Source of the DNA: Hyalangium minutum
Lineage (GTDB): Bacteria; Myxococcota; Myxococcia; Myxococcales; Myxococcaceae
Reading direction: 5' to 3'
Assembly: GCF_000737315.1 (NCBI RefSeq)
Contig: NZ_JMCB01000014.1
Coordinates: 296,985 to 360,984 of the forward strand
DNA: 64,000 nucleotides
The notes below the pieces were generated by a model that was given only the letters and a program-made list of their open reading frames with translations, made no database searches and was not told where the DNA came from. Positions 51,938-63,869 of this stretch are shown one piece after another. A program made the translations under genes and the position numbers. Each line of letters starts with the position of its first letter. The stretch's first letter is position 1.

Positions 51938-52963
51938 GCAACTTCGCTGACAAAATCCTCTTCCTTCCGGAGCGCGCGTCGACGTTCGCGGAGAAGGTCG
52001 ACCAGCTCCACTATTTCGTCGTCGGCGTCACCATGGTGTCGTCGATCGCGGTGGGCCTGGCGGCGATCTTCATGTTCTTCCGCTACCGCCGCCGGGTGCC
52101 CAACCAGCACACCGAGTACGTGGTGCCGAACCTGCCCACGGAGTTCCTCTTCGTCTCCGTGCCGCTGGTGTTCTTCCTGCTCTGGTTCGCCATCGGCTTC
52201 CGGGACTTCGTCTTCTACACCACGCCTCCCAAGGACACGTACGACGTGTACGTGATGGGCAAGCAGTGGATGTGGAAGTTCGCGTACCCGGAGGGCCCCA
52301 ACGGCGTGAACGTGCTGCACGTTCCCGCGGGCCGCCCGGTGCGCCTGCTCATCACCTCGCGTGATGTGCTCCACTCCTTCTACGTGCCGGCCTTCCGCAT
52401 CAAGATGGATGCGCTCCCGGGCCGCTACACGCAGGCGTGGTTCGAGGCCACCAAGCCCGGCACCTACCAGGTGCTGTGCACGGAGTACTGCGGCCTCTCC
52501 CACTCGAAGATGCTGGCGGAGGTGGTGGTGCTCTCGCCGGAGGACTTCGAGGAGTGGCTGAAGGAGCAGAAGCGGGGCCGGCTGGCGGGCCGCCAGGACG
52601 CGCTGGCGGACACCTCGCTGGTGCCGCCGGTGGCGCGCATGGCCGAGCAGGGCCAGCGGCTGGCCGGTACCCAGGGTTGCTTCAAGTGCCACACCATGAC
52701 GGGTGAGCCGCACATCGGCCCTACCTTCCTGGGGATGTACAACCGGGAGGAGAAGCTCGAGGACGGGAAGACGATCCGCGTGGACGAGGCCTACATCACC
52801 CAGTCGATGATGGACCCGGGGGCGCATATCGTGTCCGGGTACAAGAACGTGATGCCGACCTTCCAGGGCAAGCTGCAAGGCGCGGAGACGGCCGCCATCG
52901 TCGAGTTCATCAAGTCGCTGCGCACGCCGAACGTGCGCGAGGGCGCTTCTCAGGGACCTGCTT

Positions 52964-52980
<17 letters not shown>
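51934..52980 (+). CDS. coxB: Cytochrome c oxidase subunit II with fused cytochrome c (caa3)
   Basis: DVLHSF, CTEYCGLSH.KM (CuA), CFKCH. Confidence 0.96.
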
Positions 52981-54629
<1,649 letters not shown>

Positions 54630-54640
<11 letters not shown>

Positions 54641-55295
54641 TGCTCACAGTGCGGCGGCCTCGCCGGGGGTTCCCCGGCTGGCGCAGCACTTTGCCTCGAT
54701 CGAGGTGCAGAACCACGCGGCCCGCCTGGGCATGTGGCTCTTCCTCTCGACGGAAATCCTGCTCTTCGCGGGCCTGTTCGTCTGCTACGGCTGCTACCGC
54801 TACCTCTTCCCCGAGGCGTTCGCGGCGGCCAGCCGGCACCTCGACTTGACGATGGGCACCGTGAACACGGTGGTGCTCATCACCTCCTCGCTGACGGCGG
54901 CGCTCGCGGTGCACTACGCGAAGGAGGGCAAGAACGGCGTGGTGGCGCTGATGTTCGCGCTGACCATCGGTATGGCGTGCATCTTCCTCGTCATCAAGGG
55001 CTTCGAGTACAGCCACAAGTTCGCCGAGGGCGCGCTGCCGGGTCCGTACTACCGCATGGAGGCGGTGCAGCTGCCGGGCGTGCCGCTGTACTTCACCATC
55101 TACTTCCTGGCCACGGGCCTACACGCCTTCCACGTGGTTGTGGGCATGAGCGTGCTGGTGTGGCTGATGTTCAAGGCGATGCGTGAGAAGAACTTCGGCC
55201 CCAACAACTACGTCGCCGTCGAGCTGGGCAGCATGTACTGGCACCTCGTGGACCTGGTGTGGATCTTCCTCTTCCCGCTGCTGTACCTCATCTAG
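54630..55295 (+). CDS. coxC: Cytochrome c oxidase subunit III
   Basis: LGMWLFLSTEILLF, TGLHAFHV, YWHLVDLVWIFLFP. Confidence 0.95.
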
Positions 55296-55307
55296 GAGTG
55301 CTTCATC

Positions 55308-55757
55308 ATGGCTGTTGCGAATGAGTCTTCTCAGGAAGCGCACAACATGGAGCACCATGGCGCGGGCCGTTACTACGTCGTGTGGGGCGCGCTCCTGGTC
55401 CTCACGGTTGTGACGGTGGTCACCGGCAGCGTGCACATCCCCAACTTCGCGCTGGCGTTGGCGCTGCTCATCGCCACTGTGAAGGGATCGCTGGTGCTGC
55501 TGTTCTTCATGCACCTGACTGACCACAAGGGCGCCAACCGGCTGGTGATGGCGGTGTCGTTCCTGTTCGTCATCATGATGCTGATCATGCCCATGGCGGA
55601 CTTCGCCACGCGCTTCCGTCCGGCGAACCCGGCGGGCTCGCACCTGAGCGATCTGCCGGACCTGAACTTCATCGAGGGCAAGACGTCCACCCACGGTGGC
55701 ACGGGTGGCGCGCACGGCGCTCAGGGCGGCGCTCACGGGACCCCCAGCGGGCACTGA
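55308..55757 (+). CDS. coxD: Cytochrome c oxidase subunit IV
   Basis: LLVLTVVT, IATVKGSLV.LFFMHL. Confidence 0.9.
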   Translation: MAVANESSQEAHNMEHHGAGRYYVVWGALLVLTVVTVVTGSVHIPNFALALALLIATVKGSLVLLFFMHLTDHKGANRLVMAVSFLFVIMMLIMPMADFATRFRPANPAGSHLSDLPDLNFIEGKTSTHGGTGGAHGAQGGAHGTPSGH

Positions 55758-55786
55758 GCCTCCCCCACCCTTCTCTGAAGTCTCCG

Positions 55787-55817
55787 CGCGGCGCCGAGGG
55801 TTCTCCCCGGCGCCGCG
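55787..55817 (+). terminator. Hairpin after the act-cox operon
   Basis: CGCGGCGCCG-AGGGTTCTCCC-CGGCGCCGCG. Confidence 0.55.
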
Positions 55818-55859
55818 TGGCGTTTGCGGGGCCATGGGATTGAGGACCGGGGGTTGCAG

Positions 55860-57092
55860 ATGCGGCTCGTGACGTGTGGCCATTCCTGGCCAAAGTGGAT
55901 TCGCGCAGTGAGTGGGCTTGCGCTGCTGGCGTGGCTCACCGCGTGTGCGGCTCCACCTTCCCGAGCCAGTCCTCGGTGGTACGCGCAGGCCGGCCCCGGG
56001 CAGTCCTCCATTGAGGTGGACTTCGAGGCACCCTCTCCAGCGCAGCAGGATGTCCTGCGGCAGCGTGGCATCCGCCTGCCGCAGAGCGCACAGGGCCTCG
56101 CTGACCCGCGAGCACACCGGGATTTTGTCGACCTCCGCGTCACGTCCGTGGGCTTCGGCATCAGCGAGGGTGGGTGGATTCTGTTCTGCGAGGGACTGCC
56201 CCTGCCCATCCTCGTCCCCGAGAACCAGGTCGACCTGGGGCTCACCCGCGCCCAGCCGTTGAATGCCTCCATCTACCCGGATCGGGAGGCAGCGCTGGCG
56301 GAGCTGTCCGCAGGTGGATCTGGAGCCACCCGCGCAAGCTACGCCTATTACCGCGGAGCGGACGGAGCCCTCGTCGTACCCACCGTCTTCTCACCGGCCA
56401 CCACGCCTCGCATTGCCCGGACGATGCTCGAAGTGCGCAAGGACCTGTCGCAGACGGTCGAGCGCGACCTGAAGGTCGCGCTGTTGACCCTGACGGGGAC
56501 CCAAGTCCTGCGGGGCGTCTTCTCGAGGGTGGTGCGGGCAGCCCCGGAGCCACAGGCTCCCTCTTTTTCCCCTCAGCAGGGCCTCAGGGGGGAAGCTCCA
56601 GCGCGGCCACCACCGGAGCCCCGAGCTGGCCCACCGGCTCCAGAACCTGCGCCGGCACCAGCCCCTCCAGCACCGGGCCGCCTCGCACCGTCGCCGGGAC
56701 TGGTTGAAGCGCTCAGCGGAAAGAACCCAACGACGCCGGTTGCTCCTAGGCCGCGCTTACCTCAGGACGCCGCTGTCAGCCCCGCGGTGCCTGGAGAACT
56801 GCCGCGTAACCGTCCCATCAGCCGCAGTCCCAGCCAGAACGCGCAACTCCAGGTGGACATCAAGTACTTGCAAGGGCTCGGTGCCAAGAACATCCGCGTC
56901 AACCAGCAACAACTCACGTCGGAGAACCACTCGCGCGTGGGAATCAACCGGCCTGATCTGCAATTCGACTATAAGGACCGCCGATACTCCGTGGAGTACG
57001 ACTCCCCTGCGTCGGGCCGTGGCTCTAGCCACCAGTCGCGCCTCACCTCCAATGACCCGGACGCGGAGATCATTCTTTTGATCGTCCCCTGA
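55860..57092 (+). CDS. Lipoprotein with Pro-rich linker and C-terminal PD-(D/E)xK-like putative nuclease toxin (SitA-like)
   Basis: Lipobox LTAC; RVGINRPDLQF...VEYD...RG..H..R..NDP. Confidence 0.65.
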   Translation: MRLVTCGHSWPKWIRAVSGLALLAWLTACAAPPSRASPRWYAQAGPGQSSIEVDFEAPSPAQQDVLRQRGIRLPQSAQGLADPRAHRDFVDLRVTSVGFGISEGGWILFCEGLPLPILVPENQVDLGLTRAQPLNASIYPDREAALAELSAGGSGATRASYAYYRGADGALVVPTVFSPATTPRIARTMLEVRKDLSQTVERDLKVALLTLTGTQVLRGVFSRVVRAAPEPQAPSFSPQQGLRGEAPARPPPEPRAGPPAPEPAPAPAPPAPGRLAPSPGLVEALSGKNPTTPVAPRPRLPQDAAVSPAVPGELPRNRPISRSPSQNAQLQVDIKYLQGLGAKNIRVNQQQLTSENHSRVGINRPDLQFDYKDRRYSVEYDSPASGRGSSHQSRLTSNDPDAEIILLIVP

Positions 57093-57109
57093 GGCATGAG
57101 GCACTCCTG

Positions 57110-57838
57110 ATGACCCAAGACATGAAGGGGCTGCTCCTAGAGGACCGCTGGGCTCCTGTCACTTCAGAGATGGGCTTCCTAGAGCTCAGCGCGGAGCAAG
57201 CGGCCCGTGGCTTCGCCACCTGGCAGCAAGCATTGGAGGCTGATCGTGGCGTCACCGTGGGGGTGCGCCCCGTCTCGGGCTCTCTGCAGCAGGTTCTCTC
57301 CAGCCTGTTGCCCCTGACCGGTGGAGAGTCGCGGCGGTACCTCTTCATTCCGACCCACAGCGCCTGGACAGCGTACGTCGAGAGCCAGTGGACCGGGACC
57401 GACGCCTCGAGCGCCATGGGCTACCTGTCCCGGACTCTGGGCTGCCGGGGCCTGCGGGTCGTCGCGGTGCCCCATACACTCCGCAAAGGCCAGGGTCGCT
57501 ACGGAGCTGTCATCCTTGAGGTCTATGCCCCCTACGACATGGCTGGGCTCAACTACCTGCGCACCCTTTATGCGGCGAATGACGGGGGCCGCTGGGTCTT
57601 CGGCCAGTCTGGCGAACCCTTCCCCTTCGAGAAGCCCGAGCACTACCAGGCGCACCGGGTCAGGGACCGCTTCACCTTCGACATGCTCAAGGACTACCTG
57701 CGCCACCTGGGGCTGTCCCCCTTCGAGGAGGATTTCTACCTGCCGAAGGGGGCACCTGCGCTCCTTGTGGAGAAGACGGGCCCCACCTACCCCACCTACA
57801 GGGAATACACCTTGGAGCAGGCCCGCGAACGCCTGTGA
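57110..57838 (+). CDS. Putative cognate immunity protein
   Basis: Cytoplasmic gene 17 bp downstream of the toxin-like lipoprotein; no signal peptide. Confidence 0.5.
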   Translation: MTQDMKGLLLEDRWAPVTSEMGFLELSAEQAARGFATWQQALEADRGVTVGVRPVSGSLQQVLSSLLPLTGGESRRYLFIPTHSAWTAYVESQWTGTDASSAMGYLSRTLGCRGLRVVAVPHTLRKGQGRYGAVILEVYAPYDMAGLNYLRTLYAANDGGRWVFGQSGEPFPFEKPEHYQAHRVRDRFTFDMLKDYLRHLGLSPFEEDFYLPKGAPALLVEKTGPTYPTYREYTLEQARERL

Positions 57839-57845
57839 CGGAGGC

Positions 57846-58814
57846 TTAGAAGGACACCTGGACGTTGGCCGCGAGGGCCGTGTCCGTGGAGACCTTCCCC
57901 GACGGCGGCGAGCTGTCGTACTGGAGCACGAAGCTGGTGCCCACCGAGAGGCTGTCCGTCAGCCCCACCGTGAGCTTCGAGGTGCTGTTCACCAACAGGC
58001 GGGACTCCCCCAGCACGTTGGGGATGGCCTCAGCCTCCTCCGTGAACACGGTGTCCTTGGACAGGCCGTAGCTGAACGACACGCCCACGCGCGGGCCGCC
58101 GAGGTCCACGTCCTCCAGGTCCAGCCGCGTCGGGTAGTACTGGAAGCGCGTCTCACGGAAGTAGCGGAACGCCAGGTCCGTGCGCAGCGAGGTGAACTTC
58201 CCATCCGCGCTCTTCTCGTCCCACCAGGAGATGCCCGCTCCGGCCTCGCCGGTGCCTCGCACCTCCACGCTCTTCACGTGGTCCGTCAGTGCACCGGCCA
58301 GCACGTAGCCACTGATGACCGGGGTGAAGCGCCGATCCACGCGGATGTCCGCGTTGGCGCCCAGGGCCACCACCTCGGTGCGCTCCGCCTCCGTCTCCGT
58401 GGCCGGGAGCCGGCTGCGGCCGTACACGGCCTGCGCCTTCACGCCGTAGATCCACCCCTCCGACTTGCGCTCGGCCGAGGCCAGACCGTTGAAGGTCAGC
58501 GTCGAGGAATTCCCCGAGAGCGCGATGAGCCCCAGTCCCACGCTCCCCTTCCACAGGTCCTCCTTGGGAGCCTCCTCCTTCTTCTCAGCGGCGGCCTCGG
58601 GCGCCGCAGCAGGGGTTTTCCCCAAGGCCTCGGTCAGCTTCTCCACGGCGGTGGCCATGCGAGCGCTGGCGTCCGCAGCCTTCTCGGCGGCGGCAGCGGC
58701 CTTCTCAGCGGCGGCGGCGGCGCGCTCGGTGGTGGCCTCGGCGGCCGGAGGCGGCGGCGGGGGAGGAGGAGTCTGGGCTTGGAGCGACGTCGCGACGATA
58801 AAGGCGGTCAACAT
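57846..58814 (-). CDS. DUF481-family outer-membrane beta-barrel protein
   Basis: GNSSTLT, alternating beta strands, terminal F; Pro/Ala-rich N-terminus; ATG 58814. Confidence 0.8.
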   Translation of the reverse strand: MLTAFIVATSLQAQTPPPPPPPPAAEATTERAAAAAEKAAAAAEKAADASARMATAVEKLTEALGKTPAAAPEAAAEKKEEAPKEDLWKGSVGLGLIALSGNSSTLTFNGLASAERKSEGWIYGVKAQAVYGRSRLPATETEAERTEVVALGANADIRVDRRFTPVISGYVLAGALTDHVKSVEVRGTGEAGAGISWWDEKSADGKFTSLRTDLAFRYFRETRFQYYPTRLDLEDVDLGGPRVGVSFSYGLSKDTVFTEEAEAIPNVLGESRLLVNSTSKLTVGLTDSLSVGTSFVLQYDSSPPSGKVSTDTALAANVQVSF

Positions 58815-58914
58815 AGGTTCTGGCGAGATGGGGTGAGAGTGTGCCCATCGGATTCCCGGCGGGCTTGGCCGTTGCATACCACCAGCGACAGCGGCGGCTC
58901 GACCCTTCTACGCT

Positions 58915-59634
58915 ATGAAACCGCTCCCGAAGTACCTCCGGAGGCTCCTGCCCATGAAGCTCGTCCCCCTGGCCCTGCTGTGCTGGCTGCTGCTGCCCGG
59001 TGTCGCGTCGGCCCAACGAACCGTGACAGCCCCAGTGGACGTGGGCATTGGCCCTGCGGCCTTCTTCTTCTTCGGACCGGTGTTCGACGACCAGCCGATT
59101 CATACCGGGCTGAAGCTCAATGTGGAGGCGGTGCTCGACAAGGAGTGGCTGCGCAAGAACCAGGCCCTCATCCCGCGCAAGTACCGGAGCCAGGCCCTCA
59201 AGTCGGGGGAGATCCGCTTCTCTCCCGCCGTGCTCGCCCTCATCCCGGACTCGCTGATCATCTCACCGAAGTACCGGAACACGGGCATGTACGGGGCCAC
59301 GTGGAAGCCGCTGGGCATCGGCTTGCCGCTCAGCTCCAGCCCCGTGCGCTTCTCAGTCGACGCGGGGCTGCTGCTGACCTACGCGTACATCTACTCGGAC
59401 CTGGACACCCTCGGCACCACCCACTTCCTGCGGCCGGGGCTCCAGCTCGGAGCGGATCTGGAGTTCCAGCTCAGCAAGAGCTTCCTGATCAGCATCGGGT
59501 GGGACTCGGCGCTCTATGTCCCCCAGCGGCTCAACACCTTCAGCGAGACGAAGCCCCTGCGCGAGTCCATCTTCCACGTGGGGCAGGCCTACCTCATGCT
59601 CCACTTCCGCTTCCCCTACACCACCCGGCTGTGA
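58915..59634 (+). CDS. Secreted or outer-membrane hypothetical protein
   Basis: Signal peptide (VASA/Q); amphipathic beta strands. Confidence 0.7.
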   Translation: MKPLPKYLRRLLPMKLVPLALLCWLLLPGVASAQRTVTAPVDVGIGPAAFFFFGPVFDDQPIHTGLKLNVEAVLDKEWLRKNQALIPRKYRSQALKSGEIRFSPAVLALIPDSLIISPKYRNTGMYGATWKPLGIGLPLSSSPVRFSVDAGLLLTYAYIYSDLDTLGTTHFLRPGLQLGADLEFQLSKSFLISIGWDSALYVPQRLNTFSETKPLRESIFHVGQAYLMLHFRFPYTTRL

Positions 59635-59637
59635 GCC

Positions 59638-60594
59638 ATGCGCCTCGTCCTCGCCAACGCTGAAGAACAAGTCTCTCGGGATGCCGTCACCTACTCCGCG
59701 TGGGGCTCTCCGCTCACCCGCGAGGGCTACCTCCAGCGCGAGAACCGGCTCCGCACCCACGCCTGGTCCCGCGCCGAGCTGAAGATGTGGCTGCTGTGCG
59801 AGGCGCCGGGCGAGGTGCTCGCCTCGTGCGAGACGTACCGGACGGACAGCTTCCTCCGCGCTCCGGACGGGACGCTCTCCGCCGGGGACAGCTACGCCAT
59901 CGCCAGCGTCTTCACCGAGGAGCGGCTGCGCGGGCGCGGCTACGCCACGAAGCTGATGGACCTGCTGGCCGCGGAGCTCGAACGGGCCTCGCCGCGCGTC
60001 CACAGCGCCATCCTGTTCTCGGACGTGGGCGCTCCGCTCTACCAGCGCTCGGGCTATCGGGAGACACCCGCCTGGGACTGGCGCTTCAGCCCCGAGCCGG
60101 GCGAGCCCTCCGCGCTCGTAGACCGGCTGCTCCAGGACACGGACGTGGGCGCCACGCTCGCCCGGATGCGCCGGCCCGACGCTCCCTTCTTCTACTGGCC
60201 CACCGCCGAGCAAGTGGACTGGCACATCGAGCGCGAGCGCATCTACGCGGAGCTGATGCCCCGCCCGCGTCCCGAGGCCAACGGCGCCATCGCCGGAGAC
60301 TCCACCGCGCTCTGGTACATGATGGGCCGCACCGGCACATTGATGGTGCTGATGCTCGACGCGCGGACGGCCGAGCAGGCGGCGGCGCTGCTCGGGACGG
60401 CCCGGCGGGTGGCACACCGAGCAGGCCTCTCGAAGGTGGTGCTGTGGGAGGAGCCCGCGACGGCCCCGCTGGTGGCAAAGGTGACGGGGGGAACGCGGGA
60501 GCTCCGGGACGGCTCGCTGCCGATGATCCGGCCACTGCGGCCGGGCCTTCCCTCCCCCGAGCTCACGCCCATTCCCCGAGCCCTCTGGGTCTGA
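59638..60594 (+). CDS. GNAT-family N-acetyltransferase
   Basis: IASVFTEERLRGRGYA, LFSDVG..LYQRSGY. Confidence 0.88.
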   Translation: MRLVLANAEEQVSRDAVTYSAWGSPLTREGYLQRENRLRTHAWSRAELKMWLLCEAPGEVLASCETYRTDSFLRAPDGTLSAGDSYAIASVFTEERLRGRGYATKLMDLLAAELERASPRVHSAILFSDVGAPLYQRSGYRETPAWDWRFSPEPGEPSALVDRLLQDTDVGATLARMRRPDAPFFYWPTAEQVDWHIERERIYAELMPRPRPEANGAIAGDSTALWYMMGRTGTLMVLMLDARTAEQAAALLGTARRVAHRAGLSKVVLWEEPATAPLVAKVTGGTRELRDGSLPMIRPLRPGLPSPELTPIPRALWV

Positions 60595-60619
60595 GGCCCG
60601 CAGGAGGTAGGATGGGGCC

Positions 60620-61768
60620 ATGGCCAAGCGCATCCGGATCATCGAGGGCACGTGGAACTGCACCTCGTGCGACACGAAGAACATCCCTGCCCGGCACAAG
60701 AAGTGCCCCACGTGCAACAACCCGCGCGAGCTGACGGGCAAGGAGTCCGAGTTCCAGTTCGCCGGGGAGGATGCGGCCACGGGCAGGTCGCTCGGCGAGA
60801 GCGTGACGGACGAGAGAGCGCTGGAGATGGCCAACGCGGGCGCGGACTGGTTCTGCGCCTACTGCGGTGCCTCGAACCGAGGCGACCAGCCCATCTGCAA
60901 GAACTGCAAGGCCGAGCGCACGGATGACTCCAAGGCGCTCCAGGAGGAGGAGGATCCAGGCCTACCGCCGCCTCGGCCGCAGGCACCGCCTCCGAAGAAG
61001 CGAAGCTGGGGGAAGATCGCCCTGGGCCTCTTCGGCGGCATGTTCTTCTGCTGCGGCGGAACCATTCTTTACTCCATCTGGTCGGCGATTCCGCACGACA
61101 CCACGGGAGAGATCACCGGCACCGAGTGGAAGCGCTCCATCGCGCAGGAGCGCTTCACGCCGGTGACGGAGGAGGGCTGGCAGGACGAGCTGCGCCTCGA
61201 GTCCCCGCGAATGCCGGTGAACGGCTCGGGCGAGGTGGCGGGTGTGCAGAACATCCGGAGCTGCGTGTCGCGGCAGCGCACCACGCGGAAGGTGGCGGAC
61301 GGCACGCAGCGGGTGTGCGAGAACAAGACGCGCAAGACGCAGTGCGGAACCGAGGAGAAGTGCCGCACGCGCAACAAGGGCAACGGCTTCAAGGAGGAGA
61401 TCTGCGAGGACGTGCCGAAGTACTGCAGCGAGTCCTACGAGGACTGCCACACGGAGACGCGCTACCGGAACGAGCCCGTGTACTCGCAGAAGTGCAGCTA
61501 CGACACGTACCTGTGGAAGGAGCTGGCCAAGCGCGAGCTGTCGGGGCGGGACGGCGAGCCGCCGCGCTGGCCGGAGCTGGTGGCGGGCCCGGCGGACCGG
61601 CTCAAGCGCGCGGAGCAGTACGTCATCCACGTCGCGTACGACAAGGGCGAGGAGAAGACGAAGCTCGAGCCCAAGACGGAGCAGGAGTACCTCGTCTGGA
61701 AGAAGGGCCAGCAGGTCGCCCTGACGGTGACGAACGGCGGGGAAATCAAGAAGATCGAGCCGCGTTAG
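60620..61768 (+). CDS. Membrane protein with N-terminal double zinc ribbon and Cys-rich extracytoplasmic domain
   Basis: WNCTSC...CPTC, WFCAYC...CKNC; one TM. Confidence 0.75.
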   Translation: MAKRIRIIEGTWNCTSCDTKNIPARHKKCPTCNNPRELTGKESEFQFAGEDAATGRSLGESVTDERALEMANAGADWFCAYCGASNRGDQPICKNCKAERTDDSKALQEEEDPGLPPPRPQAPPPKKRSWGKIALGLFGGMFFCCGGTILYSIWSAIPHDTTGEITGTEWKRSIAQERFTPVTEEGWQDELRLESPRMPVNGSGEVAGVQNIRSCVSRQRTTRKVADGTQRVCENKTRKTQCGTEEKCRTRNKGNGFKEEICEDVPKYCSESYEDCHTETRYRNEPVYSQKCSYDTYLWKELAKRELSGRDGEPPRWPELVAGPADRLKRAEQYVIHVAYDKGEEKTKLEPKTEQEYLVWKKGQQVALTVTNGGEIKKIEPR

Positions 61769-61779
61769 AAAGAGCCCTC

Positions 61780-62076
61780 ATGGAGTGCACCCGCTGTGGC
61801 GCCTGCTGCGTGGCGCCGGACATCGCCGCGCTGGACAAGCCCCTGGGGATGCGCTGCCCGCACCTCACGCCGGAGAACCTGTGCTCGGTGTATGACCGGA
61901 GGCCCCAGGTGTGCCGGAGCTACGAGCCGGACGAGGTCTGCAAGCTCATCGAGGCGCCCACGCTGGAGGAGCGCGTCCAAAAGTACCTGGCCCTCTTCGG
62001 CCTGAGCGCCGAGGCCGAGGCCACGCGCCAGACGGGCTGCGCCTCCATGCGCCAGGCTCGCGGCACGAAACCGTGA
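61780..62076 (+). CDS. YkgJ-family cysteine-cluster protein
   Basis: CTRCGACC, CPHL, CSVYDRRPQVC. Confidence 0.85.
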   Translation: MECTRCGACCVAPDIAALDKPLGMRCPHLTPENLCSVYDRRPQVCRSYEPDEVCKLIEAPTLEERVQKYLALFGLSAEAEATRQTGCASMRQARGTKP

Positions 62077-62151
62077 GCCCGCTGGCAGGCCGCTGAACTT
62101 CCCACCTGACAGGGCCTTGTCTCAGCCGGGCGCGGGGGTTATCGCGGGGCC

Positions 62152-63135
62152 GTGCGCTTTCAACCGACCGACTCCTTTGTCCCCGCCGCGGGCCTGGGCT
62201 CGCCCAACGCGCAGACCATCTTCGCGGCGTTGGCCCGCCCCACGCGCCTGCCGCCACTGCGGCGCGAGCGGCTCGAGCTGCCCGATGGTGACTTCGTCGA
62301 TCTGGACACCTTCGACGGTGCGTCCGGAGCCCCTCACGTCCTGGCGCTCCACGGGCTGGAGGGCTCCTCGCAGGCCGGCTACGTCACTGCCATCCTCCGA
62401 GGCGCGGCGGAGAGAGGCTGGGGCGCCACGGCACTCAACTTCCGCTCGTGCAGCGGCGAGCCGAACCGCCTGGCGCGCTCGTACCACTCGGGAGAGATCG
62501 GCGATGCCCTCGCGGTGATGAACCACCTGAAGTCCCGGCTCACCGGCCCGCTGTACGCGGTGGGCTTCTCGCTGGGCGCCAATGTGCTCTGCCGCCTGCT
62601 GGAGGAGACCGGAGCGGACGCGCCGGTGAAGGCCGCCGCCGCCATGAGCGCGCCGTATGACCTGGACGCCTGCTGCCGCAAGCTCGATGGGAAAGGCCCC
62701 TTCCAGTTGCTCTACCGAGAGCGCTTCCTGCGCACGCTCAAGCAGAAGGCGCGCGAGAAGCTCCGGCGCTTCCCCGACGCGTTCGATCGCAAGGCGATGG
62801 AGTCCGCTCGCAGCATCCGCGCGTTCGATGACTCGGTGACGGCGCCGCTGCACGGCTTCCGGGACGCAGGCCACTACTACGCGGAGGCCTCGTCGGGGCC
62901 TCGGCTCCACGCCATCCAGCGGCCCACGCTGCTGCTGAGCGCCAAGGATGATCCGATGTTGGAGGATCCCGTCATCCCGCCCAGCGCCGCGGACAATGCG
63001 AACCTGAGCATCGTGCTGACCGAGTACGGCGGCCACGTGGGCTTCGTCTCGGGCCGGGTGCACGCGCCGCGCTTCTGGGGCGAGGCACAGATGCTGGCGT
63101 TCTTCGACGCCGTGGGTGCCGCTCAACCGAAGTAG
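62152..63135 (+). CDS. YheT-family alpha/beta hydrolase
   Basis: HGLEGSS, NFRSC, GFSLGAN, AKDDP, GGHVGF. Confidence 0.92.
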   Translation: MRFQPTDSFVPAAGLGSPNAQTIFAALARPTRLPPLRRERLELPDGDFVDLDTFDGASGAPHVLALHGLEGSSQAGYVTAILRGAAERGWGATALNFRSCSGEPNRLARSYHSGEIGDALAVMNHLKSRLTGPLYAVGFSLGANVLCRLLEETGADAPVKAAAAMSAPYDLDACCRKLDGKGPFQLLYRERFLRTLKQKAREKLRRFPDAFDRKAMESARSIRAFDDSVTAPLHGFRDAGHYYAEASSGPRLHAIQRPTLLLSAKDDPMLEDPVIPPSAADNANLSIVLTEYGGHVGFVSGRVHAPRFWGEAQMLAFFDAVGAAQPK

Positions 63136-63731
63136 AGAACCAGCCCCAGCTTGGCGGACGGCATCATGTAGAGAAAGCGTCCGCCCTGGGCACCGGACTC
63201 GCCCAGGCGCGCGCGGAAGGCCTCGTCGAGCGACTCCACGTTGGGCACGTCGAGCTCCACCCAGCTCACACCCGCGCGCACGAAGAACATGAAGCCCGAG
63301 GGGTCACCGAACTCGAACCCCAGGTGGGTGCTCGCGTAGGAGTACCCCACGCGCTCCATGGACTGCAGCGGCGGCAGCGAGGTGTCCGCCATCCTGCGCG
63401 CCAGCCGGTCCACGTCTCCGGCGAGGGCATGCCCCAGCTCGAAGGTCACCGACGGCGTGTACGTGCCCGGCTTCGGAAGCAACGTGATGCCAGCCCGGCC
63501 CCCCAACCGCAGACCATTGTGCGTGGCGCCCACATGCAGCCTCACGGCCTTGTTGGGCCGGAACGCCGCGGACAACCCCGCTCCATCCGGGACGCCCGCG
63601 TCGAGCAACAGCCCGAACGGCGCCAGCTTCTCCGGATCCTGCTTCTGACCCTTCACTTCCGGGGCTGCGGCCCATACCGCCGGTCCCCCCAGCATGAGCC
63701 CTGCCACCAGAAGCGTGCACACCGAACTCAT
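63123..63731 (-). CDS. Secreted or outer-membrane beta-barrel hypothetical protein
   Basis: Signal peptide; DAGVPDG; C-terminal LGLVLYFG; ATG 63731. Confidence 0.7.
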   Translation of the reverse strand: MSSVCTLLVAGLMLGGPAVWAAAPEVKGQKQDPEKLAPFGLLLDAGVPDGAGLSAAFRPNKAVRLHVGATHNGLRLGGRAGITLLPKPGTYTPSVTFELGHALAGDVDRLARRMADTSLPPLQSMERVGYSYASTHLGFEFGDPSGFMFFVRAGVSWVELDVPNVESLDEAFRARLGESGAQGGRFLYMMPSAKLGLVLYFG

Positions 63732-63869
63732 GCCCGCCTCCCCCCCACGTTTCACCTCAGGGCAGCCGGCCCGGCGCGGACTCCCGCCGGCACCGGCTCT
63801 CTTCGCCGCCCCCACTCCCACTCCCCCAGAGCCGTTCCAACCCAGCGCGTGCCTACGAGGTGCTCCGCC

